From Rhodospirillales bacterium (GTDB lineage: Bacteria; Pseudomonadota; Alphaproteobacteria; Reyranellales; Reyranellaceae): a stretch of 40,000 nt of DNA. Location of the stretch: contig WHTW01000006.1 of the NCBI GenBank assembly GCA_009377525.1, positions 1-40,000 on the forward strand, read 5' to 3'. Made by a program: the position numbers and the translations under genes. A model generated the notes under the pieces. That model had not been told where the DNA came from, ran no database searches, and worked only from the letters and a program-made list of their open reading frames with translations. This document shows, one piece after another, positions 32,801-40,000 of this stretch. Position 1 is the stretch's first letter. Every line of letters begins with the position of its first letter.

Positions 32801-33996
32801 GAAAGCTCGCCCTTCTCGCGATCCTCGCCGCCACGGCGGCGCAGGCGCAAACGCCGCCGGCCGAACCCCGCATCCAGGGCCAGCCGCCGGGCTCGCAGGT
32901 GATGTATGCCTGCCCCGGCGGCACCGATTTTGCCGCCGCCTTTTCCACGGACGGTGGCCTCGCGACGATCAGCGTCCCGGGTCAGCCGGAAGTCGAGCTG
33001 TCACGTCTGCCTTCGGGCTCGGGTTTCGCTTTCGGCGATTCCTACTACGAGCTGCGCGGCCGGGGTCGTGAAGCCACCCTGACGGCCGGCGGGCGCTCGA
33101 TGCGCTGCCATGCCATCGGACGACCTGACGAACCTCCGCGCACCTATCAGGGCGGCGGCCTCACAATCACCCTGTTCCCCGACGGCATCTTTCGCCTGCG
33201 CGATCGCAGTGGCGACGCCGAGACGCTCGATCTCGGCCAGTGGGCACAGGAAGTCGATGGCGGCGTGCGCATGGTGCTGCGCGGCGGCACAGTCGCCCGG
33301 CGCGTCTTCCGCGAGGCCAATGGCGACAAGCTGATCGCCGAGAACGGGAGCGAGCTCGAGCGCGCCGCCACCGCCGATCCGATCGATGATCGCTTCCGGC
33401 TCGCCGGCCTCTACCGCGACACCCAGACCGGCGGCCTGTTCACCGAGTGCCTGACGCGCCGCACCTTCGAGGTGGCGCCGACCGGCGCCGAGCCCGATCT
33501 CGAACGCGCCTGGACCGAAGCGACTCCGTCAAAGGGAGCGCAGCTCTATGTCGAGATCGTTGGTCGCTTCGTCTCCGGCGAGGTCCGTGCCGAGCGGTTT
33601 CTCAGCCTCAAGCGCGACGGGACGTGCCCGCCTCTGGCGCCACGCAGCTCGGCGCTGCGCGAAACCGAATGGCGGGTGACCGAGATCGACGGCGAGCGGC
33701 CGGTCTACGACGACTGGCGGCAACGGCCGAGATTGCGACTCGACGATCACGGCAAGTTCAGCGGCTCGACCGGCTGCAATTCGATGTCCGGCAGCTACCA
33801 GCTCGATACCGACGGGCTGCGCTTCGAACCGGCGGCCACGACCCTGGCCGGCTGCCCGCCGGCGCTTGCCGCTGCCGAGAAGCGCTTTCTCGATGCGCTG
33901 TCCGCGGTGCGCCAGGCGCAACTCGCCGGCACGACCCTCGATCTGCTGGACAGCGCCGGCAAGCGCCGCCTCCGCCTCGAAGCGCGCGGACGGTAA
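32797..33996 (+). CDS. Periplasmic protein with an MliC-like N-terminal domain and a META (HslJ-like) C-terminal domain (399 aa)
   Basis: ATGA start/stop overlap with the transporter gene. Signal peptide MRKLALLAILAATAAQAQ. YACPGG...SGSGFAFGDSYYELRGRGREATL...CHA (MliC pattern). WRVTEIDG...FSGSTGCNSMSGSYQLD...AGCPP (META pattern). Confidence 0.7.
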   Translation: MRKLALLAILAATAAQAQTPPAEPRIQGQPPGSQVMYACPGGTDFAAAFSTDGGLATISVPGQPEVELSRLPSGSGFAFGDSYYELRGRGREATLTAGGRSMRCHAIGRPDEPPRTYQGGGLTITLFPDGIFRLRDRSGDAETLDLGQWAQEVDGGVRMVLRGGTVARRVFREANGDKLIAENGSELERAATADPIDDRFRLAGLYRDTQTGGLFTECLTRRTFEVAPTGAEPDLERAWTEATPSKGAQLYVEIVGRFVSGEVRAERFLSLKRDGTCPPLAPRSSALRETEWRVTEIDGERPVYDDWRQRPRLRLDDHGKFSGSTGCNSMSGSYQLDTDGLRFEPAATTLAGCPPALAAAEKRFLDALSAVRQAQLAGTTLDLLDSAGKRRLRLEARGR

Positions 33997-34005
33997 GTGC
34001 TGGAA

Positions 34006-34112
34006 GCCACTCCGTGGCGCTCATGGTCAATGGAGCGCGGACCTCCGGTCCGCATCATGATCATGAGCGGACCGGAGGTCCGCGCTCCGAAGAAGACGCG
34101 CCACGGAGTGGC
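34006..34112. repeat. 107-bp nested perfect palindrome between convergent genes
   Basis: Outer 15-bp stem gccactccgtggcgc / gcgccacggagtggc (34006-34020 / 34098-34112). Inner 22-bp stem ggagcgcggacctccggtccgc / gcggaccggaggtccgcgctcc (34032-34053 / 34067-34088). Confidence 0.85.
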
Positions 34113-34128
34113 GCTCTCCCAGCAAAGA

Positions 34129-35634
34129 CTATGGCTCGGCCGTCGGATCGGCCCGCAGAACCAGCACACGGCCTCCATCGTCCAGGTCGATGCGCAGGAA
34201 GGGCATGCTGGCGCGCGGCAGATCGGCATCGGCATGGCCTTCGAACTCGCGGTCGATATCGTCGAACAGCCGCACGTAGAGCTTCCATTCGACCATCCCT
34301 GGCTCGATCGGCACGCGCACCGCCTCGCGCCAGTCGAGGGCGCGAACGCCGCTCTTGGCCACCGTCTCATTCGGCCGGTCACGCACCAGGGTCGCCTCGA
34401 AGCGGCCGATCGTCGCCGTTCGTGCGCTGCGCATGACCGGGCGGGCGATCACGGCGATGCAGACCTGTGCGGGCTCCTCGGCGGGAACGAACTCCACCGA
34501 GCCCGCGTTCAGCGCCGGGTCGCTGACGTCATCCCGCCAGCCCAGCCGTTCGACGATGACCACGCGCCGACGCTCCTTGTCGAAGCGCCAGCCGGCCGGC
34601 GGATCGAAGCAGCGGCGCACCGTACGGGTCTCGCCTGCGGGCGCACGCGACAGGATCTCGGGTGACACCAGGGTGTTGGCCTCCAGCGTCGTCGTACGCA
34701 CCAGCTGGTCGAAGGCGAACGAGCCCGGACGGTCGGGCAGCACGGTGAACAGCAGCTGGAACGACACCGCGCGCGAGGCGCGTCGGAAGGAAAGCGTGGC
34801 CGCCGCGAAGCTGGTTCGCCGCCCGTCGGTCGCGAAGGCCGTGCGCGGCACCACAAAGCGCAGCCGCTCAGGCCCTACCGTCGCCCGCCCTCGCCATGTA
34901 CCGATCGACAACACCGGTGGCGGGCCACCGGCGGTCGCCAGATGCGGGCCGACGATCTCGATCTCCAGCGGCGCGTCCTCGTTGCCGGCCTTGGCGAAAT
35001 CCGGCGCGTAGCGCGGCACGGCCTGCACTGCCGGGTTGGCAGTCGGTCCGCCCGGCGCGTCGAGCCGAAGCGCGCCCTGCGGTGCGGCGCCCGGCGCGCC
35101 AGGCGCCAGCGTCAGCTCGCCGGTAGCTTGGCGCGGCGGCACGAAGCGTGGCGTATAGAACAAGATCAGCGGCGCATCATCGGCCGCCAATCGGTCGAGC
35201 TGCGCCGCAGCGCCGATGGCCGCCTTGTGGGCAGCCAGGCGCGCGCCCTCGCCCGGCTTGTCGAGCGCGTCCTTGAGCGCGCCATTCAGCGCGTCGAGCT
35301 CGCTGAAAGCCTGGTGCCGGAAGGCCGGCAGAAGATCGAAGGCGCGATCACCATCGGATTCCGTGCGCACTGTCAGGGCGTCCATCAACAGGCCGGCGGT
35401 TCGGAAGGCAGGCAGCAGGCCGATCCGCGCTTCGCCGTCGGCACGGGCCTGTAGGCCGGCGCGCTCGGCCCGCAGAAGGGCGATCCTTTCGCCGACCGTC
35501 GGTCCGCTCGCCGGCACCTCCTCGCGCATCACCGCGAAGATGACGGCCGCCAGCATCAGGCCGGCCGCGGCGACCACGGCGAGCGCCCGGCGCACGCGCC
35601 GTGCATCGTCAGTCGAACGGGAAGCCGCAGCCAT
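34129..35634 (-). CDS. Hypothetical N-terminally membrane-anchored protein (501 aa)
   Basis: Single TM (ALAVVAAAGLMLAAVIFAV) and then a large domain with non-shadow composition. No family recognised. Confidence 0.65.
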   Translation of the reverse strand: MAAASRSTDDARRVRRALAVVAAAGLMLAAVIFAVMREEVPASGPTVGERIALLRAERAGLQARADGEARIGLLPAFRTAGLLMDALTVRTESDGDRAFDLLPAFRHQAFSELDALNGALKDALDKPGEGARLAAHKAAIGAAAQLDRLAADDAPLILFYTPRFVPPRQATGELTLAPGAPGAAPQGALRLDAPGGPTANPAVQAVPRYAPDFAKAGNEDAPLEIEIVGPHLATAGGPPPVLSIGTWRGRATVGPERLRFVVPRTAFATDGRRTSFAAATLSFRRASRAVSFQLLFTVLPDRPGSFAFDQLVRTTTLEANTLVSPEILSRAPAGETRTVRRCFDPPAGWRFDKERRRVVIVERLGWRDDVSDPALNAGSVEFVPAEEPAQVCIAVIARPVMRSARTATIGRFEATLVRDRPNETVAKSGVRALDWREAVRVPIEPGMVEWKLYVRLFDDIDREFEGHADADLPRASMPFLRIDLDDGGRVLVLRADPTAEP

Positions 35635-35692
35635 GCCGCGATTTTAGCATGGCCGGTGGCGCCGCGAGCGGCGGTGCTTTGTCAGAACGACG

Positions 35693-36499
35693 TCAGTACG
35701 AGAACAGTACCGGCAGGGTCGAATTGAGAATGAGATGGCGCGTCATGCCGCCGAAGATCATCTGCCGAAGGCGACTTTGCGTGTAGGCGCCTTTGACGAT
35801 CAGGTCAGCGCCGCCGGCGACCGCGGTGTCGACGATCGTCTGGCCGGCCGAGCGATTGCCTGGCTTGACGTGCTGGCTGGTGACGTTGAGGCCGTGGCTT
35901 CTGAGCGATTCGGCGATCTCGGCCGCACTCGGCCCTGGTACCATCGCGCCGTCGACGCTCAGCACGTCGATCGACTCGGCGCCGCTCAGCACCGGCATGG
36001 CGAGGGAGATGGCGCGCGCGCTCTCGGTCGAGCCGTTCCAGGCGAACAGGATCCGCTTGCCGACCATGCCGCCGAAACCCTGCGGCACGACCAGGACCGG
36101 CCGTCCGGAATCGAACAAGGCGGTCTCGAAGACGCTCTCCGGCATCTTGGGCAGCGCGCCGGGCTGCGGCATGACGATCAGGTCGTAGGCACGCCCGATG
36201 GTGCCTATGGCGGTCGGGCCGCTGTCGTCGGACGAGCGCCATTCCGAGTTGAGCCCGGCCGCCCGCTGCTCGAAGGCCTGCTTCACGGCCGCGACGCGCT
36301 GGCGTTCCTCGGCGTCCTCGGCCAGCCCTCCGCCGATCGGCGCGCCCATGCCGGCGTCGGCCCAGGCCATGCTCATGACGCCATAGGAGGGCGGTTCCAG
36401 CCCTACCAGCTTGGCGTCGAAGGCCCGCGCGAGCTTCGCGGCCAGATCAAATGCGGACGGGTCTTCTGCCGTCCAGGCCATTGTCAGGATTGACTTCAT
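35693..36499 (-). CDS. Universal stress protein, tandem Usp domains (268 aa)
   Basis: ILFAWNGSTESARA...ADLIVKGAYTQSRLRQMIFGGMTRHLILNSTLPVLFSY is a typical UspA C-terminus. Confidence 0.8.
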   Translation of the reverse strand: MKSILTMAWTAEDPSAFDLAAKLARAFDAKLVGLEPPSYGVMSMAWADAGMGAPIGGGLAEDAEERQRVAAVKQAFEQRAAGLNSEWRSSDDSGPTAIGTIGRAYDLIVMPQPGALPKMPESVFETALFDSGRPVLVVPQGFGGMVGKRILFAWNGSTESARAISLAMPVLSGAESIDVLSVDGAMVPGPSAAEIAESLRSHGLNVTSQHVKPGNRSAGQTIVDTAVAGGADLIVKGAYTQSRLRQMIFGGMTRHLILNSTLPVLFSY

Positions 36500-36792
36500 G
36501 ACATGCCTCCCCTGTCGTTGAACGATAGCACGGGCCTGGATCGCAGTGGGTCTGCAAAAGTAAAGCCGGCCAAAGGTTCAGCGCCAACGATGAAGTTGAT
36601 ACAATTATAGCGTTGAGGGTCTGTTCGTTATCAATATGTTAGTTCTCAGACCTCAACCATTTAATGAGGTCAGGGACGCATACACGTCCCAGCGTTCGGG
36701 TCGATCGCTTCATTGGTCCCCAGAACCGTGGGGCGATGGGCCAGGAACGCCGGTCAAGGCCAGAAGAACGTTCTTTTTCTTTGGAGATACCA

Positions 36793-36957
36793 ATGCTGTC
36801 CATTTTCCGTCGTCTGATGAAAAGCGAACAGGGCGCCACCGCCATCGAGTACACGCTGATCGCCTCGCTGATCGCCGTCGCTGCGATCGCCGCCATGACC
36901 ACTGTCGGCGAGAATATCACCAACGTGCTCACCAACGTCTCCACTGCGTTGAACTGA
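36793..36957 (+). CDS. flp: Flp/Fap family type IVb pilin (54 aa)
   Basis: SD ggaga. MLSIFRRLMKSEQG/ATAIEYTLIASLIAVAAIAAM carries the G-x4-EY Flp motif and a hydrophobic core. Confidence 0.8.
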   Translation: MLSIFRRLMKSEQGATAIEYTLIASLIAVAAIAAMTTVGENITNVLTNVSTALN

Positions 36958-37107
36958 TTACGCCGACTTTGGTTAGACGTGGGCAGTCCGGCAACGGGCC
37001 GCCCACTTCTTTTTGTCGGTGCGCCGGCCGGGCGCACAACTTGGCCGCTACAAAGCTACACGCAGAATGGTTGTACCGGTCGGCCAAGCCGACAGGGTTG
37101 ACTACCA

Positions 37108-37284
37108 ATGCTGCCTCGCCTGCCCTCCGTCTTCTGCCGCCTCGTCCGAAACCAGGGCGGCGTCACGATGGTCGAATATGCGCTGCTGGCCGCGCTGCTT
37201 TCGCTGGCGACCGTGGCGACGTTGAACAGCGTCGGGCAGGCGATTCAGAGCGTCATGAGCGCCGCCACGAGCGGAATGAACTGA
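37108..37284 (+). CDS. flp: Flp/Fap family type IVb pilin, second copy (58 aa; below the ORF-track cutoff)
   Basis: Own translation: MLPRLPSVFCRLVRNQGG/VTMVEYALLAALLSLATVATLNSVGQAIQSVMSAATSGMN. Confidence 0.75.
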   Translation: MLPRLPSVFCRLVRNQGGVTMVEYALLAALLSLATVATLNSVGQAIQSVMSAATSGMN

Positions 37285-37475
37285 TGTTTCGAGCCATCCC
37301 CCTGCATCCGCATGCTCACCTGTCAGCTGTGTCGGCGCGGCTCGAGCATGGTCGGCTACAGCTCGCTGGCGCTGCTGGTGGCGATAGCGGCGATCACGTT
37401 GCTGGGGCACGCACACACCGAGGCCGGCGGCGCGCCAGCGCGCCGGCGGCACCGTTTCGTCGGACTGACCGAAGC

Positions 37476-38066
37476 TCAGCGAATCTGCGCTGCCTTGGGA
37501 ACGATCCATGCGAAGCGGTCGGACAATGCCGCCAGCGTGATGCGGTTGATGGCGTCGGCTGTGACGGTGGCGCCGCCGGTCGCATCCGGCAGGTCGCGCG
37601 TCGCCACCGTATCGGCCGCGATCGTGCTCATGAAGCCGTTGTCGGTCGCGCACCGCACCGTCGCCGACACGCACATGTGGGTCATGAAGCCGCCGACGAT
37701 CAGGTTCTTGCGGCCGCTCGCGGTCAGGTGCTTGGCAAGATCGGTCCCGGCGAAGGCATTGGGCAGGCCCTTGTCGACGATCGTCTCGCCAGGACGTGGC
37801 GCGAGGGGTGCGACGATTTCGTAGCCGCTCGACGACGGGTTGAATGCCTTGCCCGCCGACTTGTGCCGCACATGCACGATGGGAGCCCCGGCCGTGCGCG
37901 CCTTCTCGAGCAAGCCGGCCAACGCCTCGATCGCCGGTTGCACGCCGGGCAGGGGCAGCAGGCCATCGGTGTATTCCCGCTGTGCATCGATGATCAGCAG
38001 AACGCCATCGGCCATGGTCGCCGGTGTCGGCGCCATCCCCGCCATCTGCAGCATTGTCATCGCCAT
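37476..38066 (-). CDS. Isochorismatase-family cysteine hydrolase (196 aa)
   Basis: LLIIDAQREY (Asp), VVDKG-type Lys region, and LIVGGFMTHMCVSATVR (catalytic Cys). Confidence 0.85.
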   Translation of the reverse strand: MAMTMLQMAGMAPTPATMADGVLLIIDAQREYTDGLLPLPGVQPAIEALAGLLEKARTAGAPIVHVRHKSAGKAFNPSSSGYEIVAPLAPRPGETIVDKGLPNAFAGTDLAKHLTASGRKNLIVGGFMTHMCVSATVRCATDNGFMSTIAADTVATRDLPDATGGATVTADAINRITLAALSDRFAWIVPKAAQIR

Positions 38067-38342
38067 GTTCGCTCCCTTCTATTACGCTACGGTTGTGTAA
38101 GTCTTGGCCCCATCAACGCCTAAGGCGATGCATTTTGCAAGTCCCCCGGGCGCATGACACAAGCCTGCGCGTCACGATCCTGTCATTGGCGGCAATGCCA
38201 TGATGCGTGCGCCGACGGCCCCTCCCGGACGCCGTGGCGGCTATCCGCAGCTTTGCTGTAAGAAATATAGGAAAATTTCGGAACGCCAATCATACAATTC
38301 ATCGTAGACCGTTCCGATCGCCGCTGGCAGGATGATGCCAGC

Positions 38343-38996
38343 ATGGATGTCCCCCGCAAGATTCTGGTCGATACCCTGGCGCGGCGGCCCGACCTCGACC
38401 TCAAGAACCTGTCGCTGGCGATCGGGCGCAATCATGCCTACCTGCAGCAGTATCTGATGCGCGGCTCGCCGCGTGAGTTGCCCGAATCGGCGCGGCACGG
38501 GCTTGCCCCGCTGCTGGGTGTGTCGCCGGACGACCTGCGCTCGACGGCGCCGCCGGCCGGCGGCGGGCTGGGTGGCGATCCGCGCGGCTCGGTGCTGCGG
38601 GCCGACCGCACAGACCTGCCGGTCTACGCCTCGGCGGAAGGCGGTGGTGGCGCGATTATCATCACCAACGAGCCGATCGACTACGTGCGCCGGCCCGAGC
38701 CCTTGTTGTCCGTCCGCGACAGCTATGGCTGTTACGTGATCGGCGACAGCATGAGCCCCGCCTATGAACAGGGGGACCTGCTGCTCATCCATCCCGGCCG
38801 GCCGGTGCGGCCGGGCGATGACTGCGTCTTCGTGCGTGATCCGGGCGATGGCTCCCAGCATGCCCTGGTCAAGCGCCTGCTGCGCATCACGCCGGAGAAA
38901 TGGCGGGTCCGCCAGTTCAACCCGGCAAAGGATTTCGACCTCGATCGCGGGCAGTGGCAGAAGGCTCAGCTGATCGTCGGCAAGTATGCCCGCTAG
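38343..38996 (+). CDS. CI/LexA-like repressor: N-terminal HTH plus C-terminal S24 peptidase domain (217 aa)
   Basis: VIGDSMSPAYEQGDLLLIHP (catalytic Ser) and ALVKRL (Lys) form the S24 dyad. An Ala-Gly-rich linker sits between the domains. Confidence 0.8.
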   Translation: MDVPRKILVDTLARRPDLDLKNLSLAIGRNHAYLQQYLMRGSPRELPESARHGLAPLLGVSPDDLRSTAPPAGGGLGGDPRGSVLRADRTDLPVYASAEGGGGAIIITNEPIDYVRRPEPLLSVRDSYGCYVIGDSMSPAYEQGDLLLIHPGRPVRPGDDCVFVRDPGDGSQHALVKRLLRITPEKWRVRQFNPAKDFDLDRGQWQKAQLIVGKYAR

Positions 38997-39032
38997 GCCG
39001 TTGTATAGGAAATATTCCTATCTCACCCGATC

Positions 39033-40000
39033 ATGGCGGGACGGATCGTCGCCATGAAGGCCATCGTCGTGGGCGGCGGCATCATGGGGCTGGCGACCGC
39101 ATGGGCCTTGGCGAGCGAAGGCCACGCGGTCGAGTTGTTCGAACAGGGCCCGCTGCCCAATCCGCTGGCCTCGTCGATGGACGAGCATCGCCTGATCCGC
39201 CATCCCTACGGCGATCATGTGGGTTATGCGCGCATGATCGACCGGGCCTATGCCGCCTGGGACCTGCTGTGGGGCGATCTCGGCCAGCGTCTCTACGCCG
39301 CCACCGGCACGCTGGCCCTTACCGGCAACGGCGAGACCTGGGCAGAGCGCTCGGCCGCGGCATTGGCCGCCATCGGCAAGTCGATGAGGGAGATGCCGCT
39401 CGACGAGCTGCCGCGGCGCTTTCCAGAGCTCGACGCGCGCGGTGTCGAACGCGCCTTCTGGATGGACACCGGCGGCGTGCTGTTTGCCCAGGACATCGTC
39501 ATGGCGCTGGCGCGGCTTCTCGCCGGGCGACCGAACGTGGTCCTGCATGCCGAGACACCCGTCCGCACGGTCGATCTCGAGCATGGACGGATCGTCACCG
39601 ACGCCGGCGTCCACCACGATGCCGACGTGGTCGTGGTCGCGGCGGGCGCGTGGGTCGGCCGGCTGCTGCCAGCGGATCGCCGCCTGATCCCGTCACGCCA
39701 GGTCGTCATCTATTTCAACCTGCCCACAGACCAGCGCGCGATCTGGACAAGCTATCCCATGGTCATCGACAAGACCGGCGATGTCGGTCTGTACCTTGTG
39801 CCGCCGGCCGAAGGCCGCGGGCTCAAGATCGGCGACCACGTCTTCAGCCGGACCGGCGAGCCTTCGGCCGAGCGCCAAGCGCATGCAGAGGAGATGCAGC
39901 CCCTGCTTCGGCGCTGCCGCGACTTGATCAAGGACTTCGATCGTTGGCGCATCGAGCGGCTGAAGGTCTGCTTCTATACGGTGACCGACGACGAGCGCTT
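39033..40000 (+). CDS. FAD-dependent oxidoreductase (DAO/sarcosine oxidase-like), 3'-truncated by the window end (alternative start 39054)
   Basis: Own translation: MKAIVVGGGIMGLATAWALASEGHAVELFE (Rossmann GxGxxG plus acidic residue). Open to position 40000. Not in the ORF track because no stop falls within the window. Confidence 0.8.
   Translation, partial: MAGRIVAMKAIVVGGGIMGLATAWALASEGHAVELFEQGPLPNPLASSMDEHRLIRHPYGDHVGYARMIDRAYAAWDLLWGDLGQRLYAATGTLALTGNGETWAERSAAALAAIGKSMREMPLDELPRRFPELDARGVERAFWMDTGGVLFAQDIVMALARLLAGRPNVVLHAETPVRTVDLEHGRIVTDAGVHHDADVVVVAAGAWVGRLLPADRRLIPSRQVVIYFNLPTDQRAIWTSYPMVIDKTGDVGLYLVPPAEGRGLKIGDHVFSRTGEPSAERQAHAEEMQPLLRRCRDLIKDFDRWRIERLKVCFYTVTDDER

Overview
High-GC (by eye about 65-70%) chromosomal segment, by gene content probably from a Rhizobiales/Bradyrhizobiaceae-like alphaproteobacterium (inference). 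The flanks hold ordinary genes: a UPF0182 membrane protein, NUDIX hydrolase, two OmpA-family lipoprotein paralogs, three amidohydrolase/metallophosphoesterase-type hydrolases, an SGNH hydrolase, DUF805, an AI-2E transporter, a MliC+META protein, tandem Usp, Flp pilins, isochorismatase, an S24 repressor and an FAD oxidoreductase. The main feature is a roughly 15.2-kb, lower-GC island (6341-21583) integrated into the 3' end of tRNA-Thr(GGT) and bounded by a perfect 23-bp direct repeat. On one strand it carries a tyrosine integrase, an in-frame relic of a T7-type RNA polymerase C-terminus, an AlpA/excisionase-like HTH, a 4-Cys zinc-ribbon protein, a 1308-aa orphan protein, an HNH-AP2 endonuclease, two coiled-coil paralogs, a double-HTH protein and an apparently intact 878-aa T7-like single-subunit RNA polymerase. 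These are followed by a dense short-repeat array, an AP2 relic and a serine recombinase. I recognise no capsid, portal, terminase, DNA polymerase or primase gene, so this is either a heavily reduced mosaic T7-like prophage or a satellite-like element with its own transcription machinery. Several short DNA motif families, including a 20-bp perfect inverted pair 10 kb apart, appear confined to the island. A second candidate for follow-up is a cluster of four paralogous small membrane proteins in two pairs around a secreted MORN-repeat protein (28087-31314). Many long ORFs in the six-frame track are GC-driven shadow ORFs and were not called. All family assignments come from motif recognition by eye, with no database search.
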